The notes under the pieces are model-generated. The model saw only the letters and a program-made list of their open reading frames with translations. It searched no databases and was not told the origin of the DNA. A stretch of DNA of 63,652 nucleotides, counting the filler, from Atractiella rhizophila (taxonomy: Eukaryota), in assembly GCA_021432655.1 (NCBI GenBank). It is 3 parts of 3 records of this genome, joined end to end, with 100 filler letters (N's around TTAATTAATTAA, not from the genome) between each part and the next. Parts side by side here need not be neighbours in the genome. Positions count along the whole stretch, not along the records: positions 1 to 23,827 come from MU271797.1; 2 more parts are not named here. One strand, written 5' to 3'. The position numbers were made by a program, and so were the translations under genes. This document shows positions 12,301 to 23,927 of this stretch, in pieces; position 1 is the first letter of the stretch; every line of letters starts with the position of its first letter.

Positions 12301-12589
12301 TCCTCTATTTTCATGCTCATGCCGCCAATGTTGGTGTTGGATACACATATATCCATAACGGGAAGGGGTTCCAAAGAATTAGACGGTGATGGAGGATCAG
12401 AGTGAAGAAGTGGTTCGGTGATGCCAGGGGATGGAGCCTGAGTCGATTGTGGGTTCGTGGTAGGGGTGGGAAAAAGGTGGTTATTCGATTGCATAAGATG
12501 GGGTGGTGGTTCACATTCGACAGTTAGTGTCAGATATTGAGACATATAACGAAGTCAAGATGGTGTTACAAAAAAAATTTGCAGAGGAG

Positions 12590-12879
12590 GTAGTCACCCT
12601 CGTGCAGATGCTTGGAATGCATTCAGTCGTCCTTGTGCAGATACTTGAAATTCAGTCGCCCTTGTGCAGATGCTTGGAATCCATTCAGTCGCAAGTAGCT
12701 CTCGCTCCCATGTGAGCTGGATCCCAGCGAAATGTGATATGGTGGAAAACCGCTCTACAATGCAATGAGAAGATGTACCTGGATCCCAGCGAAATGTGAC
12801 ATGGTGGAAAACGGCTGGGGATCCAGAGACAAACAAAAGCACACTAGTCACGTGCTAGTCACGTGACTGTAGCCAACAT
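12590..12879. repeat. cluster of short tandem repeats upstream of the copia gag (possible LTR or leader)
   Basis: Three ~30-bp units (cagtcgcccttgtgcagatgcttggaa) at 12593-12692; two ggatcccagcgaaatgtga(t/c)atggtggaaaac at 12719 and 12781; ctagtcacgtg twice at about 12844-12865. Confidence 0.65.
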
Positions 12880-13234
12880 GAAGAAAGGAAGAAAAGAAAG
12901 AAGGACGGTGTGACATGGGCTGAGGGACAATGAGCATCCAGCTCTCACAATTCACACATCTTTGCGTCTGCCCGGACAGAATCTCAACCCAAACCAACCT
13001 TAAAAGCCTTGAATTCAATCCCCACACTCCGAAATCTGAAATGTGACGGTGCTCTCAAGTGCGATGGCTCAACCTAAGTGCTTTCCAATAAAGAGAAGTC
13101 ACATTCTTCTGTTTTGTCCTTCACCTGTTTGAAGAGAAAGAAGCCAATAACCTCATCCTACATGGTTTCCCCTTTAAAGGATCGATTCACAAAGCCGAAC
13201 AGTATTCTCCTCCTCTCCCACAATGTTTCCATTG

Positions 13235-13661
13235 TGTTAGGGCAAACACTATGTGCGGTCGCCAGTGGGCGATGCGTCTGTAGTGGAGGTAAACCTAAGA
13301 GAATAGTATGGCATGAGAAGACTAACCTGTAGTGGAGGTAAACCTAAGAGAATACTCTGAGGTCACCACCACTACATCTTGATGTATATATACATATATA
13401 AAGGCACTGCCATAAACTGTAACATATGTTTCTTGAAACATGTAAGATAGCTAGATCAGGAAAGTGATAAAGGGAATACTCGGAAATAAGATATACTGGG
13501 TAGTACTAGTGAGAAAGGACAATAAGGCGAAAATGGAGACGGTGCAGACCGGCGAAATGTATAAGGTTTGCTGAGCAGCGATTCACGTGAGAAAGGGGAA
13601 AGCGGCGAACAGCGCAGACATGAGCAAAGCAGGCGATGGGTAGGCACGTAATCTCATGACA
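13235..13661. mobile_element. solo-LTR-like repeat, inverted relative to the 8400-8724 copy
   Basis: Begins tgttagggc and may end at catgaca (TG...CA). Contains an internal 28-bp duplication at 13278-13305 and 13327-13354. No TSD found. Confidence 0.6.
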
Positions 13662-14089
13662 TGGTAAAGTGTGTCACGTGACCTTGGATGGTTGTGGATA
13701 CGATGACTCCTCCGTAGAGTCATGGTTCCCGTCTACTGCTTCGATACTACTTTGGGGAATTCCCTGTCCTTCCAACACCTCTTCTCTCCCCATCATTCTT
13801 CCCCTCATTGCAACATTCAGGTCACGCATTAGGTGATCCTGTAATGATTGTTAGTATCTCTCCTTACTCCACTATTTCGTCTCTTATGATTGTTACTTTA
13901 CTCTCTTGCATCTTCGATGTTTGTTTATGGTATCATATGTATTTCTTGTCTATAAAAACACCAGCCTTGCTGGCTTTGAAACTTAGACTTGTTCCCAGTC
14001 TCAACTCGCATCCAGCACTCCCGCATTTCTAACCTTAACCTTTCCGTATACGCCGTATTCACATGGTGCATTTCGGTAATGCGTAGGGC

Positions 14090-14225
14090 AAGCCTGACAC
14101 ATCAGAAAGTCGGCCACCAAGCTAGGATTTGCACCGCTCCCTCAGCTATCTGTCTTGCATGTGACCAAAACCATGCCGTCACCAACTGTCCTCCCAAATG
14201 CCCCCAACCATCACAGTCTCCTCAC
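14090..14225 (+). mobile_element. remnant of a non-LTR (LINE) ORF1 zinc-knuckle region
   Basis: GHQARIC-x6-CLACDQNHAVTNC resembles the tandem CCHC knuckles of fungal LINE ORF1 proteins. Confidence 0.5.
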
Positions 14226-14750
14226 CGTCATTTGCTTCCGACGTTCCACTTTGTCTTTTCCATTTGATCGTCCCCCAGAATATAGAGCTCCGTTGACTAT
14301 AGACTGTATGCTCTCTAATATGATCACAACAGCAACAACAACAGTGCCTTCACATCTGAAACTCAGTTGACAGTGTAGGTGGGCAGAAAATTGGGTTTCA
14401 TGGCTAGAAAGAAACTGGACACCGCCTTCTAGCTTTTACGCGAGTGCTAAGCGGTTCGAGGGCTCCCGCATGTTTGTCTTAAAGAAATTGTTCAACGGTT
14501 GGTTCGCCTTCTAGCATGGCTACAACGTTGTTGAAGTTGAGCTTGTTGAGCTCAACGCTATTTTGCCAAGGGGCAACCACGCTGCGTGGGACGTTGATTT
14601 AACGACCGTGGTTCAGCTCTTGGTGTTCTCTGCCTTGAAAGCTCTTAGATCATTTGTTTGCCCAGTCTAGTGGCCTCAGCTTTGGAACCAACTCTTCCTT
14701 TGCAAACAAAAACTGACACAAACCGCTGTGCCGCATACAACATGTAGGTT

Positions 14751-17164
14751 TCAATCGTGTTTGAGGATTATTGCCTTCACCTTTTTCTCGAGTAAGTCTT
14801 GTGGAAATTTGCCAAAGGCGCAAAGACAAACCTCAGTCCAAACTTCCAAAGCTAAACAATTATCAGACGAATATTCAATGAATAAAGAAGATGTGAAACG
14901 CACCTTGTGCACTCTTCTCCCTCCCGACGCCGCTTGACTTCCAGCCTCCGAACGGCATATCCTGTGCACTAAACAATACGTGAAAATGAAATCTGAACGA
15001 AGCAGGAAAGGCGAACTGCATTGGGGAATTGGTATTGATGGCGACAGACCCAGCTTCCAAAGCCTTCGCGACCCGCATGGCCCGGTCGATCTATTTTGCG
15101 TTCACTTTAACGACCGTTCCCTCCAACATGGTCCACCTACGTCTTTTGTGAATACGGCTGCATAGAGACCGTCTAGTAAAGTTGTCAGCGAGGTGGGAGA
15201 ACTTTCTGGTGTGGTTTACATTCAGTATCATTTGCACGTTCGATGGCCTCCTCTTCCGTTTTACTGCAATTGCTTCAGCATCCGAACCTTCAACGAGGCA
15301 GCGGAGGACAAACAAGGTATGGAAAACCAGCACCGGTCCGAATATCTGTTTGTTGTTGTTAGTTTTGACTCTCAATCTGAAATGAATTCACTTGCTTCCT
15401 CTATCGGTGATATCAGTCCATTGAGTTCCAGCTCTTTGGCACTTTAAACTACTCACCTTTATTTATCCTAGAAGTTTCCGGAGCCTCAGTGAAGATTGTA
15501 GGCTGGAAGAAGTGCCCTTTCAGTCCTTCGACGCGCTCGCCTCCCAAAACAACTTTTGCTTCTTTCTTCCTGTTCACATAGTCAGTGCATACAAAAAAAA
15601 GAGCTTCCTCTATCCACACCCAATATCAAGATAAGATGCCACAGTGCGGCCTTGGATATCGTCTGCCATTGGTCTACATGATTTTGAGTTCAGAACGCGA
15701 CCGATATCAGGGATAGAACAGACCCCATCGTTGTCGAGGAGTCCAAAGGGTCGCCGTGCTTTACGTTAGAAAAGCTTTTCTTGTACTTCTCGAGAAACTT
15801 CTCGGCTATGGTTTCTTGAACATACAGGCGCGTCGAGGCCATACAGATCTGTCCGCTATTACGACACAGCGCCATCAACCGTGCTCAGACAAATTCAAGA
15901 GAAGCATACGCGTTGATTTGAAGCGAGAACACGCTGGAAGCGACCGCCTTTTCCAGGTCCGCATCTTCGAAGACAATAGTAGGGGACTTCCCTCCCTATT
16001 TGTTCGATATTTGATCATCGTCAACATGCCAAATCTGGGCAAGAAGAGTAAAGACGCACAAGTTCCAGCGTAACATTCTTCAGGTTCGAGTCAGCAGCCG
16101 CTTTCTGTATCAGCCTCCCTGTCCTTGTGCTGTTGTACCGTCAGATATTTATTCAGCTTGGAGTGTTCGTGAAGCGGAAAGGAAGTTTAGACCTTCCGGT
16201 GAACGCAATTTTGCGAATCTCCATGTGCTCTGCAAGGATTTTGCCAGTGTCACCTGACGATCAAGGTTACCAGCCAAACTTATTAGAACCAGCATGACAC
16301 AAAAGCCAACCTGCTCCTGAGACGACATTGATCAACCCATCAGGGAATCCAGCTTCTTTCGTAAGGGAAGCCAAGTGGATCGACGTGAGAGGTGCCTAGC
16401 CAGGCACGAACGGCATCAGTGTCATCCCAATGGGACCAGAGGATGCATACCTTCTCACTGCTCTTGAGAATGATGGCATTGCCGGCGGCGACAGCTGGCG
16501 CGATCTTGAGACAAGCCATGATGATGGGTACATTCCAAGGGATGATTCCAGCAACCACTCCAAAAGGCTGACGGATGCTGAAGTTCAGGTGTCCTGGGGT
16601 ATTGAGGGATGTTGTTCCTCCGAGTGATTCTCCCAGACCCTTCACTTCATGAGTAGGTAGAAGAGTTGAGGAAGGAGGCCGTACAGCAAAGTACTCGAAG
16701 TGCCTTGCACCAGATTGCACATCATTCCCGTATCCAGAAATTGGGCGGCCCATGCTCTGAGCCTCAAGCCAGGCGAGCTTTTCACCTATCGTAGATCCAA
16801 CTCAGGGCTTGCGCTCAAAGCAGAAGGAAAGGCACACCTCCCTTTCGTAGCAGATCAGCCATCTTCTTCATCACTGCAGATCTTGCTGCAGCAGATAACG
16901 CTGCCCATCCCTTCTGAGCTTTCTTTGCACACGAAACCGCGTAGTCGATGTCTTCTTGATTCGCAGACGGAAGTTTGCACACCAAGGTTTCAGTCGCTGT
17001 CACCCACCACGATTAGCCGAAGGTATGGCTTGAGGAGACAGCAGGCAAGTTTATTCAGGAGAAAGGAATAATTCACCTGGGTTGTATAGATCAAACGTCT
17101 TTCCTCCCTTTGAATCGACAAACTGGCCGTTGATCCAAAGCCTCGTTTCAATGTTATGGCTCAT
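14751..17164 (-). CDS. NAD(P)+-dependent aldehyde dehydrogenase
   Basis: MSHNIETRLWINGQF; PFGVVAGIIPWNVP; KSSE; FTG; TLEL/GGKSP (catalytic Glu); NSGQIC (catalytic Cys); EIFGP; PFGGWKSSGVGRE; ends VKAIILKHD*. Many introns. Confidence 0.95.
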
Positions 17165-17635
17165 GTTGAGTATTATCGCTGTTGCTTCAGTTATTTGAGG
17201 ATCTGAAAATGATATGCGGGACAAGATCTGAGAGAAGCGATTCAGAAGAGAACGCCTTTAAAATCGAGCACTGCTAGCGACTCAGTAAGCAAGAAATTTG
17301 AACTTGTCGGAGCAAGTGTTTTGCCTTGCCTCAAGGATCGGGGACGAGGAAAATGTGCAAATGCGGGACAGCAGAATTCGGTCAAGCAGAGGATTCTCAG
17401 AAGGGAATGAACCACGCGGACTACAACTCGCAAAGGTTGAGATAAAGACAATCAAGTGAGATCGTCTCCAGCAGCAGCAAGATCTCTTGCAGATCTGCTG
17501 CGCAAAGATACCTCTCGGAAGCAAAAAGTCTATGTTTTGCCGCAGTCCTTGGTTCCAAGTGAGGAAATCGCCGATAACATTTCCCTCTCTGCCATAATCA
17601 TCAACTTCTAAACAACTGAGCATCAAGCGCGCGGC

Positions 17636-18117
17636 ATGTCAACGCGCGGTGCCTGGCGCCAACTTCCCTACGATCTACGACGGCCAGTGAACCTCCCCCC
17701 AAACCGGTTCCAGCGCTCCGTCCAACTTTTCACCTGGGTCACCCTTGCTGGTTCGTCGTCCGCCATTCTCCTTTTTTACGGAGTTAGCTGATAGGCGTTC
17801 GAAAGCTACTGGAGCATATTTCGTCTTTTATCATGATTTTGGGCCAATGGAGAACTCTTTCACACCTGTATGCCTTCCTCGTCCTCCTCGATTCATGATA
17901 CATCGAGCGTTAACTGAGGACGAACGAATAGATTCGACAAGCTCTTAAGATAGATAAATACGAACACCCCGTTCCTGCTTCCATGCCCATGCCGAATTTT
18001 ACACCTCGATATGAGCCGGTGAAGTCGAGGGATTATCATTCCAAAGAATGGAAAAGGGCAAGGGCAAGGGAAGAGATGGAAAGCAGAGCGAAGGAGGAAG
18101 AGTCTGGAAGTTCATAG
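17636..18117 (+). CDS. small single-TM protein, three exons, absent from the ORF track
   Basis: Splicing two GT-AG introns gives MSTRGAWRQLPYDLRRPVNLPPNRFQRSVQLFTWVTLAATGAYFVFYHDFGPMENSFTPIRQALKIDKYEH...EEESGSS*. Confidence 0.7.
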
Positions 18118-18320
18118 CGATAAGTCTAGCCGGTGTGTGCTTAATTTCTCGTGTATATTTGCATTCCGTCATTCCTCTCAAAAATACAACTTGATTCCTT
18201 TTGCACGAAGTCACAAGAGAGATAATACAGTACCCATACATACACATTCGATATTGTTGAACAGCGCCGCATATATACAGCGTGCATTATCCGCTTTACT
18301 TAATTCCTTCATCCTGGTAC

Positions 18321-19366
18321 TCATTTGCCAGTTAGCTTTGGACCCAACCACTTGTCGAGTCCTAGACCCCTCAAGATAGAGGTCAAACCTGTCGCACCGA
18401 CTTGACACAATTGCATCAGTTTGCTTTCTGCATCAAAGGGCGGAGAAAGGGAAGGACTTACGGATGCCTCTGAGAAGCCCGTCAAGACCCAGACCGCTCA
18501 ACAAATTGGCGACCAGGTTGAGAACTCCTGAGAGGAGGAGACCGATTCCGCCTACAATTTGAGTGAGAGGTTGTCCGAGGGCATCAAGGAGTGGTCCCTG
18601 GTTCAATACGTGTTGGTCAGCATTTAGTCTGATTGGGAGAAAGAGGCTGATACGCACGAGATCCTTCTTCGCTTTGGGGAAAGAGTCCAGTTTGCCTTTT
18701 GCCCATTCAATGGTGCCTCCGACTTCTTCGATCAACTGTTTTCTTCTTAATACGGAGGAGAGAAGATAGGACGAGAGAACGTACGACTTTGAGAGCTTCT
18801 GCTAGTCGTTGCTCCTCCGGAGTTGCTGTTCCCCCACCACGCTTCGTTAGTACATATTGACTCTGGTGTACAATAACGGCAAGCGAACCGCTATGGTCCT
18901 CCTTGTGTCTCTTCGCCGCGTTCGTCAATCGATGATCCGGATCCGCACCCTTGATCGCTCCTTGTGTCTGCTCCAAAATGGACGTCGCCTGCTCAAGGAG
19001 AGGCTTGACGGCTTTCACTAGTTCACCTTCGTCTCTATCTTCTTCCTTCTTCGCTTCCTGGTTCTCGATATGCTACAACCCCAACACAGCACGGACCACT
19101 TGATCTTAGCTTTGACATCGCAGAAACCAAGAAGGGAAGCGAACCTTTCGGATCATCTTGACGATGGGAACGACCTTCTCGTTCGCGTCCTCGATGAGGA
19201 TAGAAAGTCGGACAGCGAGCTCCTTGTCCTGTTTCTCCTGATCTTCCTTGGATTTCGCATCACCGCCACCTTGAGGAGGAGGAATGGCGACTTCTCCGCC
19301 TCCAGCATCGGAAGTGAGATCCGGGACGTTCTTCTGGATTTTGATCTGGTCTCCAAAGTCTGACAT
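18321..19366 (-). CDS. conserved fungal helical protein of unknown function (DUF6987-like)
   Basis: Multi-exon: DKELAVRLSILIEDANEKVVPIVKMI...VKPLLEQATSILEQTQGAIKGADPD...ATPEEQRLAEALK...LDSFPKAKKDL/GPLLDALGQPLTQIVGGIGLLLSGVLNLVANLLSGLGLDGLL. An upstream in-frame ATG near 19582 is possible. Family name is from memory. Confidence 0.75.
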
Positions 19367-20084
19367 GTCTGTGAATTCTGTTTGGGAATGTAAGCTTCGA
19401 TTTGATGATTTGTCTGAACTGGATCGGTGATTGTTTTGTAGCTCTTGTTCTGGTTCTGGATCGGGTGAAACGAAGTGGTCTGCTTCGAGAGAACTTGTGG
19501 AAGGGGAAGAGTTTTGGGATTTGGGAAAGGCACCAGACAGGTGCCTTTTATGCAGTGACGGTCGACTTTGCTCATTTCCCATGAGGGATTTCGAAGGGAT
19601 GATGATGTAGCCGCGATGTAAGTTGACAACGTGGCAAGTCGTCAAATGAATTGTGGGAGGCAAAAGACTCGATGGCGAGAAACTTCAAACGCAGGCTTTG
19701 AGAAACGTCATGATTTATGGGATTTCCAACCGTTAGACATTTTTACAACTCTACATGTGCCACCTTCTTTGGCCCGATCTTGTGGCAATCTTTGCCCCAG
19801 TTTGCCCTCTTCTGAAGATACCAGCCAAAACTAAAAGCGCAATCTACAAGCGGGCGGAAAATGGCGCGTCATGCATTTCGACAGGAGAAGGTTAATGAAT
19901 CCACGTCACAACAGAGTTCATTATGAAGACGCGTCTTCATGACCTCACGCTGCCATCACAGCTTCTGTCTCGAGGAAGGGGTACAAAAGATGTGCCCCTT
20001 TCTTTTCCCTTCCTGCTAAATCCAAATAATCCTTTACGAACTCCAACAAGTGACGATTTACGAAACCTCTTCTGTCTGTGAACC

Positions 20085-20595
20085 ATGTCCGAATCTCCCT
20101 CCCGCTCAGCTTCCCCAGATCCCCAACCCCAACCTGCCCCCGAATACAACCGTCAACGATCTCGTCCCATCCGCTCACGCGATCCTTCCGTCGCCTCGAA
20201 CGCTTCCGAGGAACCCGAGGCGGGTGGAAGACGCCGAAGGAACAGGAGGAAGCAGCGCGGCGGACCTCTCGGTGGACTCGGTGGATTGGGAGACGTCGCT
20301 GGAAAAGGCGGCGCGCTTGCACCAGTCACGGATACCGTCGGTGGTGTGACGGATTCCGTGGGTAATTTGACCGGCGGCCTTCTCGGAGGTGGCCAGGAGG
20401 ATGATGAGGAGGAGGGCGGAAAGAAGGGTGGAAAGGAACCGCTCAAGTTGAGGCTGGACGTGAATTTAACTGCTGAGATTACCTTGAAAGCTAAGGTTCG
20501 TTTAAATCTACTGTTTTGCTTTTCGTAGGAGGGAGGTTAATCAATTCGCTTGTCAATAGATTCACGGGGACCTGACGCTGTCGTTGCTTTCTTAA
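20085..20595 (+). CDS. conserved small fungal protein with a C-terminal LRLDVNLTAEITLKAKIHGDLTLSLL motif
   Basis: ORF 20085 plus one intron (about 20496-20559) completes the motif and ends at TAA 20593-20595. Disordered Gly-rich N-terminus. Confidence 0.8.
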
Positions 20596-21038
20596 TCGAT
20601 GACGATATGGACTTTTCTCAACAATGATTATGGTGCGTTACTCCTATCTTCTCTTGTCTTCGTATCTCTCAACTGATTCTTGCTGGAACGCAGGAGGTTT
20701 TGTGAATAGCAGGATACCTTCGATACAAAGAGTTTAATCAGTCAAATTGTATTATGACCTTTTGTGAAAGGACTTTATCTGGCTTCGCCACTTCCCTGTA
20801 AATCTGTGCGGAGCCTTATTACAAGTTTCTGAGCTTCTCATTGGCCCTACACCCTCCTCACTCTGTTGTCTACTGTTCGAAAGGCAATGCACGTGAAACC
20901 ATTGAACATCCAATTCTTCGCCACCCTCCGTCAACGTAAAATATGGAATGCGGAGGACCAAGTCACAAGTGACCACAGTGCTTTCCTTTTCTCCAAGGTT
21001 TCTTAACTCGAAACCATCAAGAATACCTATTACACAGG

Positions 21039-22631
21039 ATGGGACAAATTCAAAAGGAAGACTTAGAAGAATGGGAATCTGGTGGAGAGACGGAAGCATG
21101 GGACAGCGAAGGTGAAGAGTGGGAAGCTGTTGCTGGAACAGGTCAAAAAAGAGCTCAAAATAATGCTGAACGAATGGAGAAGGGGCTATCAACTGATAGC
21201 AAAGAGAAGGGAAAAGAAAAATCTCAAGACGGACAACTTGAGCCTGACACGAACGGTCCGCCAGCGAAGTCGATCATGAGGCAGCCAACGCAAGCGAGTC
21301 AACTGCTACGGGACTGGGACTGGGAGGTTGACTCAATCGCAACCGAAGCTTCAAAAGCTCCAGAGTTCTCAGCTACATATCCCCCACCTCATACCCAGGA
21401 TTCCTACGAAAATCGAGATAGGAAAGTCACCATAGCGCAAGCTGACAAGTCTTCCGTTCCTTGCGATACCGTGCCAGTGGAAGAACAAGTATCTATGCCT
21501 GCCGGAATTCAACCAGGATTCGGAACCATAAAGGCTTTCTCTCCTACTCCCGAAACAGAAGAGCCTGCAGGATCGAAACCTTCTAAAACGTCGAGGAACA
21601 GGCACGGTTCGGGTTCGACGAAGAAGGCGTCCAAAGGCATATCCGCTGCATTGGCAAACCCATTTAAAGACTGTATGGAAGAAACAGGACTAAAGACGAG
21701 TGTTGGTAGCGCCAAAGTGCAATTGACGCTGGAGCTAGGCCCAGATATCGTATTTCAGGTGGTATGTCTTCGCCCCTCCCACTCCTCAACCGTACTGAAG
21801 ACGTTTTCAGACGGAAGGATGTCCTAAGTGGACGAGGGTGAGATTTTGTCGCCTCCGATATTTACTGATTTTGACCGTCACTTTCTAGAACGTGATCTAC
21901 AAGGCTTTTCACAAAAACGCAACGCGGTTCGCCTGGCTTGACGTGCTGGGGGACAAGACGTATGGGTAAGTTCCACAACTTTGCTAAATACCTGTTACTC
22001 AGTGACGCGTTTAGAGCTTTCAGCTTCAATTCCTACAACCTTGTCCCCTCCGATATGCTCAACTACGACCTTCCGGCTGAAGGGGACGTTGTGCTCTATA
22101 AGGACAATTACAGCGGCTTCCGCTTCGGCCTCTTCTTTCGTCCTGGCGCGAGGTTCTACACTCCTCGTACGTTTCGTCCCCTCTTTTAAAGTACAATCAA
22201 GATATTGATTCTATGCGCATCACGAAGGCTTGAAAATTGGCCACTTGACTCCAGAGAGCATCGAGACGTTGAGGAACCTCTCAGATTCTGGGATGTACAC
22301 CTACAAAATCGAATCCGTTGGCGCAGAACGCACTAAGACACGAGCTTCATCCAAGTCATCTGACCTGTTGCCCACATCTTCGACCGCCGTTAACAGAGAA
22401 TGGGCGCGGATAGAGACGGAAGGGGCAGCGATTGAGGTGACGCCTCCAATGTCGAGAGGTGCGCAGGCGCTTGATAGCCTGACGGATCAACAGTGGAGAA
22501 CCTTAGAGACCTTCATGCTTCTTACCGCCTCACAGGATGTGGAGCTGGCTGCGAATATGTTGGCTTGCCATGAATGGAACATGGATCAAGCGGTGGAGGT
22601 TTTTTTGGATGTCAATGCTTCCACCCAGTAG
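21039..22631 (+). CDS. hypothetical protein with a C-terminal UBA-like domain
   Basis: Same-strand ORFs 21039-21827, 21938-22189 and 22230-22631 separated by GT-AG introns. The tail ETFMLLTASQDVELAANMLACHEWNMDQAVEVFLD is UBA-like. Confidence 0.6.
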
Positions 22632-22736
22632 TCTGTGGTCTCATTTCTTCTCTTTTGAATGGCTTGGAAACTTGAGGCGATTGCTGTTGTGTTGTTGTGA
22701 TTGTACTGCCCGGAAGTTTCAGTTTATGGAATTGCC

Positions 22737-23828
22737 TCATATCTCAGGAATTGCATGATCCCTCAATATTACATTAGTTTTCCTTTTTAGCGTCGCAGCA
22801 ATCTACTTCCTGTGCTGAATATTCCAGCTCCAAGCATTAAACTGCCAACAAAAATCGTGATGTTTTGAAAACCATGTGTCCCATACGTATGTTCTTTTGT
22901 TGCAGGTTGATAAAGCAAGCTCGCAAGAGGAGGACCGGCTAGCACAGCAATCCCTTTGAGAATGGAGAGGAGGGAGAAGATAGAGTTGCTGTCGAATCGT
23001 CCTGTGCCTCCACGCTCGGAGACAGAGCGAACAATGTGTGTACCGGCAGCGGGCCAAAGAGCGGCTGCCCCTCCAACTGATAATCCAAAACCTGAAGCAA
23101 AGACGAGGGTAAGAGCCAGATTTCGAGCAAAACCCCAAACAGTGTATGATAAGATAGACGCAAGTAATGAGCAGGTTATCAGCAGTGTTCTAAAGTCGAA
23201 TCTGTCTGCGAGATATCCAATGAGAATGTAAGAACCAGCTGAAGCGACAATTGTAGGCGCTTAAAACAAGTGTAGATGTTAAGAGCGGGAATCTCAGGGT
23301 AGACGCGTAGATAGGAAGGTAAAAAGACACTGGAAATATCGCCATCGAGTGCAGTGTGACTGTGGTTGCCTACAAATTTGCGACATTCAGCATTCTACAG
23401 AGCAGTGGATAAAATAAGAAACACACAACAAGCAAAAACAATGGGTTGCCCCAGAGCTCGACCTGCCTGCCCGTGGCAGTTTTGAATGTTCCCCAGCTCC
23501 AGGTTCGATCCTTCAGGTTCTTCCCACCTTGTCCCATACCACTTTCTCGCAATATGGGGCGAGACGGAGGTGGGATCCTGGGTTTCGCGTAAGGGAGACT
23601 GAGTGCACCTAGGATGAAGTAAACTCCAGCCCAAATACGGAGCGCCCATCCGAATCCTACCCTTTCAAGGAGGAATCCTAAGAAAGGTGGGATAACGGCT
23701 CCTCCCACGCCAGTGGCTGCCATTAGGATGCCCGTAGCCAGGCCACGGCGAGTAGAGAACCACTCTCCAAGATAAAGGAAGACAGGAGAATGCCTTTTCG
23801 CATGCATAAGCCATCGCAACCAAGGGAN
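22737..23828 (-). CDS. MFS monocarboxylate-porter-like transporter, 3' part (cut by the gap)
   Basis: YLGEWFSTRRGLATGILMAATGVGGAVIPPFLGFLLERVGFGWALRIW and further hydrophobic exons. End coordinate is approximate. Confidence 0.85.
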
Positions 23829-23927
23829 NNNNNNNNNNNNNNNNNNNNNNNNNNNNNNNNNNNNNNNNNNNTTAATTAATTAANNNNNNNNNNNNNNNNN
23901 NNNNNNNNNNNNNNNNNNNNNNNNNNN
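23828..23927. other. assembly gap with artificial six-frame stop linker
   Basis: N-run, TTAATTAATTAA, N-run. Confidence 0.95.

Noticed and set aside
13278..13354. 28-bp direct repeat with a 21-bp spacer, superficially CRISPR-like
   Set aside because: Only two units, inside an LTR-like repeat whose other copy has one unit; eukaryotic context with no cas genes.
23872..23883. TTAATTAATTAA palindrome as a regulatory or piggyBac target site
   Set aside because: Embedded in Ns and repeated identically at the second gap; it is an artificial linker.
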